DNA of 64,000 nucleotides from Lingula anatina (lineage: Eukaryota > Animalia > Brachiopoda), in assembly GCA_051362555.1 (NCBI GenBank), contig CM120648.1:18844587-18908586 (forward strand), read 5' to 3'. The notes under the pieces were generated by a model that ran no database searches, was not told where the DNA came from, and was given only the letters and a program-made list of their open reading frames with translations. The stretch's first letter is position 1. Every line of letters begins with the position of its first letter. A program made the translations under genes and the position numbers. Positions 1 through 13,700 of this stretch are shown in pieces.

Positions 1-3000
1 ACCTTCGATTTCTGAAAAATATCACACCAATGATCCCCTCTTGAAATTAGAATTTTGACCAGCTGAATCATAGTTCTAAACCATACCAAATGGTACTCTA
101 TAAAATAAATACCAACATTTTTCGGAGCCCTTCAGCGGGCCCCGAAACCCACGCCAAGGAGGGGGGGGGGGGGGGGGGGGGGGGAGGGTCGGCTTCCCCT
201 CCAAGATCTGTTTTTTGAACTTCTTTATTTTCTTGAAAGGTTAAATATTAAAATATTACAATGACACGCTTACCCGCGGACTCCCCCCCCCCCCCCCCTT
301 CAAATAATCTTGGATCCACCCCTGTTTTGTTACTTGATTAGTTGCTGGTTTGTACAGTAACAGCAGTAAAAACTGAAACAAGAGAGAAATCTTGCACTTA
401 TTTTTCCTTCTATGTACAGATTATTTTTATCGACACGACGAATATTTGAGATTGTCCGACCCAACGCTCGTATTGCAGTAAAAAAGAGAGTCAAACTCAA
501 GATGCAAATGTGTGAATTTTTATAAAATAAAATACCCCCCCCCCCCCAAGGTTGCATTAAAATGTTTAGGAAGAGGAAATGCATAATATGTTTATTAGTT
601 TGTGATTACGTACATGAGATAATAAAGCAAATGCATTGCGCAAAGAGCCCTGTAGGTTTGTAAAAACTAACTCAATAACCTCTTTGACTAAGGTACAATA
701 ACATTCAACAGCAACAAGACGCAGTGGTGTAAAGATTCTAACAAACATTTTATTAATTTATCCAGTGTTAACCACAGAAACACAGCTACAAAATTTTTGC
801 AGCTACATGACTGCTTTGCCCAGTCGCACGCACCAGTACTTAGTTAAAAGAACATCGAATTGAGGCTATACCAGCACTACAGTCCAGGCGACTTAATAAA
901 CATTCAAATATTTCTCTCATGATAAAAATTTCTACTTTCTATCAAAATCTTGTCACAAAAAGTCCTTACAGAAACAGATCCAACCTTCATTTCTTCTCCA
1001 CTAAGACCTAGGCACTAACCTAGGGGCCTATTTCATATTTCTAAACCACACACACACACAGCGATGGCGCATTGTTTTTCCATAATTGTCCACAGTTTTT
1101 AGATTTTCTGAAATTCCTTAATTCATTTTTCTTAAAGTTGTTTACTAAATCTCCGAATACTTATACAAAACCAGGAATACTCCTAGTCTTGTGAAGTCAA
1201 AGTTTCAAGGACTGCCATTTTTCTGTCTGTATGTCTTTATATACTTCCGTTTTCCAATTTTTATTTTCAAAATGAAAATCAGAAAAACGAACTGGCTTCC
1301 GTTTTTCCATTGAAACCATAATGGCAAAAAATGAACATGCTTCGATACTTCATTTCTTCACAGAAGGAGAAAAGGACGTATTTTTTAATATATTTCACTC
1401 TCTTGACACGGGAAAACAGTGGATGTTTCTATTTTCTATCACGTTTGGAAATCTGTCGTTTTTTGTTTTTTTTATGTCATAAAAAAGCGGAAAAAAACGA
1501 AAAATAATCTCGTTTTTCCACTTTTCATTTTAAAAGGAAAAACGAAAATCAAGGTTGATTTTCCATTTCATTTTGACAATTTATCAAATGAAAAGGAAAA
1601 ACGGCCGTTTTTTCATTTTCTGACGAAATGGAAATCACTTTGCCCCCCCATACACCGACCTGTTACATTAATATTTTTGATACTTTTTTTCGCTTTAACA
1701 AAAACTTGTAAAAATTGTATCTCCTTGACATTCTTGTATCTGTTAAATATCCCACTACAATATCCCCAAGTTATATAATCTTATAGGCCTATAGAAATGA
1801 ATTAAATGATTACCCATGATACGATAGCTTTCTGTAAGATAAGAGAGAGAAAGAGAGAAGCGGGGCAGAATTTTGCTGGAATTTTTGGTGAACTTGGCCT
1901 GGATGTGGTGTGAAACAATGGACATCGGACACATTTAATCGGACTTGAAGAACAAAACTAACAATCACAAAACAAGCACGAACGTAATCTCCTCTCAATT
2001 CATCTAACACACTCACGTGGTCACATGCACCCCAGGTCAGCCTCCCGGTTTATAGCCGCCGGTGGACCACTGGTGTACGGTCTACTGTTGGTGGTTAGCT
2101 GGTGTCAGATTGCCGTTGGTAATGTAGCTGGTGACCGGTCCACCGGTGACCCATTCGCGATTTTCTCATCGTATTGTAAAGTGTAGATTTTTTTTTTTAA
2201 ATACGCGTATGCGTATTGTAATGACGTTACCTCATTTCGGCGGAAGTGTTTTTTTTTTACCTTTGTTCACTCATTTGGGAGTGCGCAATTTCCTAGCATT
2301 TCATTGGCCTATAAAATTTACGTGACGTAGACTTACTGCACGCGACGGCTGCACGTGACGTCTGCGTCGACCACTCTACTCCGCCTGACTGCTGCCACTG
2401 GGCTTTGATTTCACTATATTTCATGTAAAATAGGTAAGCCTAATAATATTTAAATACACTGATTGCCAGATCTTTTCAATGTAGGCCTACATGAAGGAAA
2501 AATGTTGATTTATAAAACAGCTTTTTTAAAAATAAATTCTGGAAATTAGAACATTGTTATTGAGTGAAAGGAACAAAACGCGAAAGCTCCACCTAGGCCT
2601 ACTATAGCCCTATAAGATAGGCCTATAGCCTAATAATAGGTATGAAAAAAAATTGATTATAAGATTCGTATTTTGTATTTGAAAGTCTGGTATTTTTTGC
2701 TTCTTGAAAAGATCGAGTCAATTAAAAGGTATACATTTTCAAAGTGTATATGGCCTATATATTTTTTAAAAATTAATTAATTAATCAATGTGTTATGAAG
2801 GGTTTCTGTGGCTTTTATTTACGTAAATTTCATTTTAATAACAATTAAAATGGAAAAGACCCATAACAGATTTATGAATTATATTGATAACAATTGGAAA
2901 AAGTAAAATATCTTAAAATAAACCTTGGAATATTACCAGTGAACATTGGCCCTTTTTCTTATGTGTTCTACCCTGAGTGTCAGAGCAACGTAAAAGCTAG

Positions 3001-3530
3001 CTGGCTAAATATACCTTGTGGTGGAGTCGCTTTTACTAGTACCTGGTATTACTACTATGAGTTAGGCCTATATATGAAATCAAGATCGAGCTGGCAATAC
3101 CGGAATCTAGAACCTAGGGTAATGTGGTCCCGCCTAGCGGAATATTATTATTAAAATATCGGCAAAACGTCTGACATATGTACAATGACTTGAAAACTGC
3201 GCTGCACTCCAACGAGACAGATGCGGCTAATTACTCATTCAATTTGGTAGTTGTGCCGCCACCTTTATTTCTTATTTCAATTTATTAAACCCTTGACCCC
3301 AACGGCTCATCAGAATGGAATACAGTGACAATATAAAGTCATATCAACGAACTACCACAACAACAAAAACTACTACTGATACAAATAATAATAATAATAA
3401 CAATAATTCATTATACTGACGCTAATCTTAGCTCCGATGCACATTGTAGGTATTTCCCGAAGTTGTTTAATTGTGAGACATTGTTAAGTGATAATATTTA
3501 ATTAGTTTGAAGACTGCGAGCTTTTTGACC

Positions 3531-3535
<5 letters not shown>

Positions 3536-3597
<62 letters not shown>
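3536..3597. repeat. (TA)n microsatellite
   Basis: Read directly. Similar tracts at ~7647-7722 ((TA)n then (ATT)n) and ~47080-47126. Confidence 0.95.
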
Positions 3598-3600
<3 letters not shown>

Positions 3601-4146
3601 GCCAGGGATCTTCTCTTGAAATAGTATTTATTTCAAAAGATTTACACATCACGGTCTCCTCTGCATTCACAGCAGCGAGGCGGTCCGGCTCGCTAAAATT
3701 CTCAAGAGACTCGCTTAAATTTGTAAAAATAAATAAATAAATAACTCTCGCTGAGATAAATTACTACTAACAGTATTTTTTTATTCAGGTTAACTAAAAA
3801 TTATAAAGATGGTGAAGTAGCCATTCCTAAGGATCATGTAGAAAGGTGATGAATAAGAAAATATATGGAAAAATTGGTCGTTTATAAGTGACCAATATCT
3901 GAAGAAATAATACAGTTTACATTCAAGTTGTTTTGTGTTCTGCCCACCAATATCTGGCATATGCATATTTGTCATATTAAGATTTTTCATGTTTTTTTAA
4001 AGGCAATTCGGTGTTAATTAAATTAAGACTAGCCATAAGGAAGTGCACATGGTGCATTTTGTGCGTTTCGGTAGTCATTTTAAGGTATTTTCATTAATTC
4101 CAATCAGATTTCTTTACCGATAAATTATTCGAATTATGGTTTTCAG

Positions 4147-5168
4147 AGATCGTTTAATCTTCACCACCCTCCTGCAGATAAAAGCTATGCTGAAGAATAA
4201 CATTATTGTTCTTACAAGGTTAGAGCAAAGATTGAAACAGAACAGAAGTCCTGATGACAATATTGTCTCAACTGACGAGTTTGCATTTCCTATGGAGACT
4301 AGAGAAGATGTGGCAAGGGTTGAAAACATACTTAAAGATAAGCATAATGAAATTACTGGTAAGTAAAAAAAATAATAGTGTGATTAAAATTAATGTAGTG
4401 ATTGTTGTGCTGAAGCTACATATGGAAAAAATAATAAGTTGATTTTTAAAATAGTGGTTATTTGATAAATGATTAATATGACATTTTAATCTGAACACGT
4501 ATCATTTGTTGTATGAATAGGGCCTATATATAAATGTGCTTTACTTATTAAGAATATTTTATATTTATTTCAAAGGTCAAACCACCTTGCCACACTGGGA
4601 GGGTTTTCCTCCAAGGAAATGGTACGGTGTAGATAGGATCATGTCTACTATTTTTAAAACTAACATATTGCATGCCAGTGTAACTGGATTGGGAAGTGCG
4701 GAAAGGTTGCACTAAAAAACCTGACCTTTACAAAAGCAATGGAATGTCTGCATTTCGTAAAGATCAAATAATGTTTGCTCAGATATTTTTTTACATATTA
4801 ATTGTATTATTATGATCCTGAAGTAAAGTTACAGTTCAAAATATAAAGATTGTTTCTTCTGAACAACTTTGTCTTTTTAAGGTTTTTACATATATTCTCT
4901 TAAGGATAAACGCATATCAACCTATTTCTGTCCTTTGATGAGACCATTCCGTTTTGTAACTCCTTTTTGAACCATTTTTGTTTACTGTCCAATTTAGCAC
5001 TGTTAAGATAGGAGGATTAAGTTAAGTTTTTTATATTTTACAGATGCAGGTAGATCGAGAGCTACGGAGGCTGAATAAGACATGCATCAAATTGTGGCTC
5101 AAAAATGCGCATGATAGGGATGGCGGCAGAAAATTGAGGGAAATCAAAACAAGGAAAAAAGGAGGTAA
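4147..5168 (+). pseudogene. Degenerate DUF4806-like spliced gene, probably transposon cargo
   Basis: Exon pieces FPMETREDVARVENILKD / HLATLGG..KEMVR..IM..NWIGKCGKVAL / WLKNAHDRDGGR, with frameshifts. Family assigned from remembered motifs. Confidence 0.55.
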
Positions 5169-5171
5169 ATA

Positions 5172-5404
5172 AACACACTGGACAAAAGAAGTGTCACCCC
5201 CTGCAGAGTAATAAAAGTTATAATGCCTGGGTCTACTCTTAATATGACTATTGAGTATAAAACCGCTGTACTATGGAATTGTATTCTTTTCTTTTTTTTT
5301 TTTTTTGTGAATTTTGATGTTTATAAAATGATACCAGGAGCATATCATTCCAGAGTCATTTATCTCCCCCAAAGTATTGGTTCACTTCTATTGTCCAGTG
5401 TGTG
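5172..5404 (+). mobile_element. Tc1-derived MITE, a deletion derivative of the element at 42652-43911
   Basis: TIRs CACACTGGACAA.AGAAGTG / CACTTCTATTGTCCAGTGTGTG with TA on both sides. Internal sequence matches both ends of the Tc1 copy. Confidence 0.8.
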
Positions 5405-5617
5405 TAACAAAAATAATAAATAAATAAATAAATAAATAAAAATAAAAGAAAAATAAATCAAAATAAAATAAAATAAAAATCACTGTTACAGGTGATAACT
5501 GTGAAGAGAAATATTAGTTTTACGCATATCTATTTTATCTGATATTAAATAACCATTTTCCAGTTACCTTTGTACGGTATTTCTTTTGCGCGTCTATAGT
5601 TTTGCTATGAAAAAAAT

Positions 5618-5690
5618 ACCGGAAGTCGTGTTGCGCAAAGGATTATGGTCTATATGAATGAGGCGCCATTTTCTTCAACAACCAGGAAGT
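5618..5690 (+). promoter_or_regulatory. Candidate promoter of the NHL-Roc-COR-caspase gene
   Basis: ETS-type ACCGGAAGT (5618), C/EBP-type palindrome TTGCGCAA (5631), YY1-type CGCCATTTT (5664) and CCAGGAAGT (5682) cluster ~200 bp upstream of the ATG. Possible 5'UTR intron 5764-5857. Confidence 0.4.
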
Positions 5691-5871
5691 AACAGGACGG
5701 AGATTGTGGGATAATGTTGAACATATTTGACAAAGAAAGAGATATGATCTGACCGACTTGTAGGTATATGGAGCAAGTGTTTATGTTACTGTGATCTCCA
5801 AGCTGCAGCACCAGAAGTAAACATAAAGTTTAGCAATCGCTGACATAAATATTACAGGATCTACTGTCGGA

Positions 5872-6814
5872 ATGGAAGCCATATTAGGGCAATGGAGAAA
5901 GTTTAGACGAGGTGTAAATCCAAGATCAGGACAGGTGACAGTACAGACACAACCTCCATTAGCTGAACAGGAAACAAATACAACATCAGCTCCACATCCT
6001 AATGTTTTCTTTGACAAGACAGAATGTGTGCGTTCCTTCAGTCCTAAACTGGAAGATGATAGAAGAGGAATACACATAACTGGGTTAGCCATATATAAGG
6101 AACACATGTTTGTTGTGGATAATTGGAACAACAGAACAAAAGTATTCACACATGGAGGACAATTTAAGTTTGACATTAAAGTAAACAAACCATGGGATGT
6201 GGCTGTGTCACAGACTGGTCACCTGTATATAACATCAGAGGGTGACAGATGTGTCCAAGTGTACTCCACCAGAGGTCAGCAGGTGACAACCATGGGTCAG
6301 GGTCTACTGGAGTATCCACATGGTATTACACTGAACAGACAAGGTCATGTGATGGTTTGTGACAGTATAAAGAAGTCCATCTTCACATTCCATGCAGACA
6401 GTGGACAGCTCCTGAACACTATTCCAATCAGTATGTGTAGAAACCCAGAGTACATCACAGTGAACAGTGTGAATGATAACATTGTGATATCAGACATGGA
6501 CGGATACTGTGTACATGTGCTGTCACCTACTGGTGATCATCTGTACCAGTATGACGGCAGCAGAGAAGGCAGTGCACTGAGTTATCCACATGGAGTGTGC
6601 ACAGACAGCTATGGTCACATCTTCATTGCTGACTGGGATAACCACAGGATAGTGGCACTGAGTCCACAGGGACAGTTTATCAGATACATTGTCACTAAGG
6701 ATGATGGGTTGAAGTATCCCATGGCAGTAGTCATCAACCCTGCTACTGGTCAGCTGGTGGTGGGAGAGTATTACGGCAATGTTCAGACATTCCAGTACAT
6801 TGACCTGAAACAAG
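5872..6814 (+). CDS. Exon 1: NHL-repeat beta-propeller (TRIM-NHL-like), no RING/B-box
   Basis: 316-aa ORF with repeated NHL motifs (PWDVAVSQTGHLYI, YPHGITLNRQGHVMVCD, YPHGVCTDSYGHIFIADWDNHRI, YPMAVVINP). ATG context ggaATGG. Ends in donor CAAG|GTGAGT, phase 1. Confidence 0.9.
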
Positions 6815-7634
6815 GTGAGTAACATGTATTAACTGTGTGTAGATATGATTATTATGTAAAATATTTGAAAGTTAATTAGTCTTACAATGTTTTTATCCAT
6901 GAATATGTTTGCCTTTATTTCAATAAAAAAACTTTTTAAGCATATATTTAAATTCAGTGAGCACACAGCTGTGCTTTAGTAAAAATGTATGTAGAGTGGA
7001 GACATTTTCTATAGTTAATACTTTACTGTTACTGACCAATTTCTATGAACCCATTATAGTGATTAGGATTTTGAATAATGATGAAGAACTCTTTTTAATA
7101 GAATTTATAGTATGTTTTATTTGTATTTTTATGAAGTCACAAGAAAAACATTTTACATTGTTTAATCCCTGAACTTCTTGTACATTTGTCAGTAAAGAAC
7201 AACTCAAATCTCACAACAGAACAGTCCAATTCTTCGTATTCTTCATCTTGTAGCTGTTCATGAAAGCTTAGATATACCTAAATTCTCAAATGTACTTTTT
7301 CAAGTTTCTCGATGTCTTACCACTTCTAGATTCAAAGACATTTCATCACGAGTTTGTTGTTAACACACACAAATAAATTAAATGTTGAAGTACTTTGGAT
7401 GATACCTTATTTTCCTGACTTTGTGGATTGTTCTTTGCAAATAAAACTAGCAGACGACCATTTTTCATGAAATGGAACTACTTTTCACAGGAAGTAGTGT
7501 ATTCATACACAACAGTGACCTTGGGTTTGGAATACAAAAAAATAGTACATGCATTCATACTGTCACAGCATGCAAATTATAATGAAATATACAAAACTAA
7601 ACACATTTTTATGTAACACAAAAAGTTAAATGCA

Positions 7635-7724
<90 letters not shown>

Positions 7725-10700
7725 CTGGATAAAAATGTTGATGAAATGGTTTTGACCACCTTTTTGGACTTTTTAAACTTCATGCTGATGGACCCACATA
7801 TTTATGTCAAAGTCCCGGACCAAATCTAGTCCCATGCATAAAAAGCCCAGACCCCATGTTTATTACGCCCTGGCTGGGCCCATTCTTAATGGTGTTTGTT
7901 TTGTTAACAGCATAGTGGGCAAGTTAATTGACCAAGTTAATTGGCCAAGCTGCCAGTTTGTTTGTATGGCATGTGCAGGGGATGTCTTATAGAATAATAA
8001 AATCAGACAGAATATGCTGTGATTCCTAAATAAAATAGATGGGGGGGGGGGGGGGGGGGGGGGTAGGAGACACCAAGGGGCTCATGATTATAAATACCAT
8101 ATAGCATTAATAATGATGGTTACATCCCAGATATTTTGCTCCTATGAACAGTGTCTTTGATATCAGTCTATCGGCAATCTCCAATCATAAATTGTTAATT
8201 TATCAGACACTTGTAACATTAACCACATTTAATTGTTCACCCTGATTGTGAAACAGCTGTTTGCTCCAGATGTACTTAGTCTTCTCCAAATTAAAAAAAA
8301 AATATGGATGTTGATAAAATTTATTCTGAACAGTCTATAAGCCAGGCAGATTCAGTACAATGGCATATGTATTTGTAGGTTGATAAGTTATTAAATAAAG
8401 AAAAAAAAAAAAAACTTCATGTAATAATCATAATAGTGATACATAATACATGTATGATGATACATTTCACCACATTATGATGCAAACACCATCAAATGGA
8501 AACAAAAATAAACTTGTTATTAAACCAACTCAACAAATGTTTGTGCCAAGCAGATATTTAGCATTGTACAATGTACATGTATTTCAGGAACTGCTCAGAA
8601 TTATGCTGATTGCCATTTCAATTCTAAATTAAACAAACATCAACGTTGCCTACAAAACTGATACAACTGCACCAAATATCTCTTGCTATATGAAATACTT
8701 GTTGAAATGATGTTTTCAATAGAACTTATATTTTGTTTCATTTTTATGTACAGACACAGATGTGTCTGTACATATTGCCATCACCTGCGTCTGTCGTCGC
8801 CGATGGCGATGGCGATGGCGATGCCGATGCCGATGCCGGCGCCGTGCACTTTCCTTGTAAACACGATAAGTGGAGGGCAGTTTTACTTTTTGGCTTTATA
8901 TTTACAGAGCTGATGAATATTCATAAAACGCAGGTCAAGTTCGAAAATCAGCATGATCGGGCCATTATTGTAGAAGTTATGCTGTTTTTTCACTTTTCAG
9001 CATATTTTTCACATTTCCTCAGATTCAATTCTTAGGCATGTTAACAGTCTCATTATTAAACTAATAAGATACGTAAAAGTTTTTGTTTGACATTTCCTGC
9101 ATCTTTACAACATTGTTAGTTGATTTTGTAAAAATGATGGTAAACTTGTTATCATGTATTGTGTAATAAAGTTTCAAAAATGGAAATAAACTCATATCAT
9201 TCGGTTTGTCAGATTCAATCATTCACTATGTTCAGAATCTCAGAATGGAAGAAATGGGACATTTAACACTGCTCTGTTGATATTTTTCCCATCTCATCAA
9301 TTTTCTTAGTTGATAATATAAAAATGGCAGTAAACTGTTAATTTTGTTTTATGTTAAAAATTGTTAAAAATGGGAAAAAAAACATTTCAGAACAGTGCTG
9401 TCTTGTTTACATTTTGGCATTTTCAAGTTGAGACTTTGAAGTTCCATGGGCCTGAAGACCTTTGCTAGTCACATTTTCTGAATATCCATGATACTAATAT
9501 TTTATTCTTAAAAATTGATGGTCATCATGCTGTTAAACATTATGTAATATTGCATCAAAATTTGAAAAAAACCTATTTTGGGCACTGCTCCCATGATGAC
9601 CATTTAAGAAAAACCATGTCACTTACTGTTCTCAAACAGTACAGTAAATATATACAGATGTGTCTGTACATATTGCCATCACCTGCGTCTGTCGTCGCCG
9701 TCGCCGTCGTTGCCGTGCACTTTCCTTGTAAACACGATAAGTGGAAGGCAGTTTTACTTTTTGGCTTTATATTTACAGAGCTGATGAATATTCATAAAAC
9801 GCAGGTCAAGTTCTAAAATCAGCATGATCGGGCCATTATTGTAGAAGTTATGCTGTTTTTTCACTTTTCAGCATATATACAACACTGTAAACACATTTCA
9901 AGGAAAACCGATAGGCCTGTTGTCGTGAAACTCTCAGGAATAATCGATCTTACTAAAACGGAGGTCAAGTTCGAAAATCGGCATGCAGCCTGAGTTGGAA
10001 AAGCAGTCTAATTGGCTTCTTTTTCTGGAAGTTATACATTTTCAAAGTGTGAACTTGAACTCTCATGGGCCTGAAGCCTTATGCTTGTTACACATTTTAC
10101 TTTCATTGGTATTACCTGTTGAGCATAATTAAAATTTGATGTTGAATTTACAGTTTAACATAATGTACTTTTGCATCTGAATTGACAGTAGCCTATTTTG
10201 TGCATAGTTATTTCCTGCTTTTTGTCTGTACATTTGACAGCTTTGCTGCCTTGTTTTATTTAATCATGAGAAAAACATTCTAAAATGTTTAATCCCATTT
10301 CTTAGTATTATCATTATGCTTCACATATATATCAAGGCTGTTGCAATGTTTTTTTATGTACAGACACAGATGTGTCTGTACATATAGCCATCATCTGCAT
10401 CTGTCGTCGCCGTCGCCCGTTGGCGTGCACTTTAACCGTAAACACGATAAGTGAAAAGCCATTTTACCTTTTGGCTTGAAACTTACAGAACTGATGAATA
10501 TTCATAATACGCCGGTCAAGTTCGAAAATCAGCATGATCGGGCCATTTTTAGGGAAGTTATGCTTTTTTTTCACTTTTTTCAGCATATATGCAACACCGT
10601 AAACACGATAAGTGAAAAACTGTATTACATTTTGGCTTGAAACTTACAGTACTGATGAATATTCATAATACGCCAGTTAAGTTCGAAAATCAGCATGATT

Positions 10701-13700
10701 GGGTCATTTTTAGGAAAGTTATGCTTTTTTTTCACTTTTTTCAGCATACATGCAACACCGTAAACACGATAAGTGAAAAACTGTATTACATTTTGGCTTG
10801 AAACTTACAGTCCTGATGAATATTCATAATACGCCGGTTAAGTTCGAAAATCCGCATGATCGGGTAATTTTTAGGGAAGTTATGCTTTTTTTCACTTTTT
10901 TCAGCATATATGCAACACCGTAAATACGATAAGTGAAAAACTGTATTACATTTTGGCTTGAAACTTACAGTACTGATGAATATTCATAATACGCCGGTTA
11001 AGTTCGAAAATCAGCATGATCGGGTAATTTTTAGGGAAGTTATGCTTTTTTTTCACTTTTTTCAGCATATATGCAACACCGTAAACACGATAAGTGAAAA
11101 ACTGTAATACATTTTGCCTTGAAACTTACAGAACTGATGAATATTCATAATTCGCCAGTCAAGTTCGAAAATCAGCATGATCGGGTAATTTTTAGGGAAG
11201 TTATGCTTTTTTTTCACTTTTTTCAGCATATATGCAACACCGTAAACACAATATAAGAAAAACAGATAGGCCAATTGTCATTGTACTCACAGGAGTGGTC
11301 AATCTTACTAAAATGCAGGTTGAGTTCAAAAATCAGTATAATAGGGCCATTATTTTAGGAGTTATGCTGTTTTTTCACAATTCCTCAGATTCAATTCTTA
11401 GGCATGTTAATAGTCTCATAATTGAACTAATAAGAAATGTAATAGTGTTTGTTTGATATTTCCTGCATCTTTACAACATTTTTAGCTGATTATGTAAAAA
11501 TGATGGTAAACTTGTTATCGTGTATTGTGTAATAAAGTGTCAAAAATGGAAATAAACTCATATCATTGCAGTTTGTCAGATGCATTCATCCACTATGTTC
11601 AGAATCTCAGAATGGAGGAAGTTGGACATTTAACACTGTTCTATTGATACTTTTTCCATCTCATCAATTTTCTTCATTGGTCATATAAAAATGGCAGTAA
11701 ACTGTTTATTTTGTTTTATGTTAAAATAGTGTTAAAAATGGAAATAAACCCATTTCAGAACAGTGCTGTCTTGTTTACATTTTGGCATTTTCAATATGTG
11801 ACTTTAAAGTTCCATGGGCCTGAAGACTTTTGCTAGTCACATTTTCTGAATAACCATGATACTAATATTTTATAATTAAAAATTGATGGTCATTATGCTG
11901 CAAAACATTATGTAATGTTGCATCAAAATTTGAAGAAACCCCTATTTTGGGCACTGCTCCCATGATGACCATTTAAGGAAAATCATGTCAATTACTGTTC
12001 TCAAACTTACAGGAAAGAAACATGGGTCTAAAATACAGCTCCAGTAGACAATGCAGTCTGTTTGGTAAATTTTTCTGGCAATTAAACAGTTTTTTGTGAA
12101 AATTTAATTTTTTACTTATTGGCATTTCCAAGGTGTGACTTAGAACCTCCACGGGCTTGAAGACCCATGCTAGTCACATTTTCTTAAAATCCATGACAGG
12201 TATAATTTATTATGAAAAATGGATGGTCATTATGCTGTAAAACATTATGTCATATTGCATCAAAATTTGAAGAAACCCCTATTTTGGGCACTGCTCACAT
12301 GATGACCATTTAAGGAAAGTCATGTCACTTACTGTTCTCAAACTTACAGGAAAGAAACATGGGACTAAAATACAGCTTCAGTAGGCAATGCAGTCTGTTT
12401 GGTAAATTTTTCTGGTAGTTAAGCAGTTTTTTTGTGAAAATTTAATTTTTCACATATTGGCATTTTCAATGTATGACTTTGAAGTTCCATGATCCTGAAG
12501 ACCTTTGCTTGTCACATTTTCTGAATATGCGTTATACTAATATTTTATAATTAAAAATTGATGGTCATTATGCTGTTAAACATTATGTAATATTGCATCA
12601 AAATTTGAAGAAACCCCTGTTTTGGGCACTGCTCCCATGATGACCATTTAAGGAAAATCGTGTCAATTACTGTTCTCAAACTTACAGGAAAGAAACATGG
12701 GTCTAAAATACAGCTTCAGTAGGCAATGCAGTCTGTTTGGTAAATTTTTCTGGCAATTAAACAGTTTTTTGTGAAAATGTAATTTTTCACATATTGGCAT
12801 TTCCAAGGTGTGACTTAGAACCTCCACAGGCTTGAAGACCCATGCTAGTCACATTTTCTGAAAATTCATGACACTTATATTTTATTATGAAAAATGGATG
12901 GTCATTATGCCGTTAAGCATTATGTAATGTTGCATCAAAATAGAAGAAAACACAATTTTGGGTGCTGCTGCCTTGATGACCATTATGGGAAAACTGTGTT
13001 ACTTATGACTGTCAAACTTTCAAAAAAGAAACACAGGACTAAAATGCAGCCTGAGTTGGGAAAGCAGTCTAATTGGCTTCTTTTTCTGGAAGCTATACAT
13101 TTTAGTGTAATATTCATTATCTTTTTGGCATATTCATTGTGGGACTCAGAGCTCCCATGGACATGAAGCCGAATGGTAATCATATTTTCTACATGTCCAT
13201 CCTATTTATAGTCAATAAACAAAAATTGGTGATAATTATTCTCTAATTTATTATGTAATGTTACATCAAAATTGACAACAATCTTTTTGCACTGCTACTG
13301 CAAACATTATGAAAAGAAAACTGTGCGACTCATTATCATTTTTAACTTACAAGTACGATTTTTAGGATTGGCCTTCAGCTCATATGAGAAAACCAGCTCT
13401 ATTGGATTATCATTTTTATTGAATTTATGCATTTTTTGTGAAATTTTCATTTTTCTCATTCTGGCACTTTCTAAGTATAAACTTGAACTCCGATGGGCCT
13501 GAAGCCTTATGCTTTTAATTTCATCTGTGTTACCTGTTGATGTTGACTGTGCAGTTAAACATAATGTATTATTGCATCAGGATTGGTAGTCTCCTATTTT
13601 GGGCATTATGGTTTTGTGCTTTTCTTAAAGTGTGACTTATGGGCCTAAAGACCTTTGAATGGGTCAGTCTGTAAATTACCCTTGGGTATCACTAGATTAA

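Larger units (their letters stand above)
8741..13100 (+). mobile_element. Cluster of Helentron/HINE-like non-autonomous elements with internal tandem arrays
   Basis: Repeated head TTTTTATGTACAGACACAGATGTGTCTGTACA (hairpin) plus a GTC/GCC microsatellite at 8741, ~9650 and 10351. Segment ~9010-9640 is duplicated at ~11375-12010. Confidence 0.65.

Noticed and set aside
1-1660. Possible MITE fragments (GGATCCACCCCTG end at ~324; TTTTCCATTT/AAAATGAAAA-rich tract 1240-1650)
   Set aside because: Partner termini and TSDs could not be identified, so they were not annotated.
8733-9035. ORFs with DGDGDADADA / AMAMPMPM repeats
   Set aside because: These are the microsatellite in a HINE head, not coding sequence.
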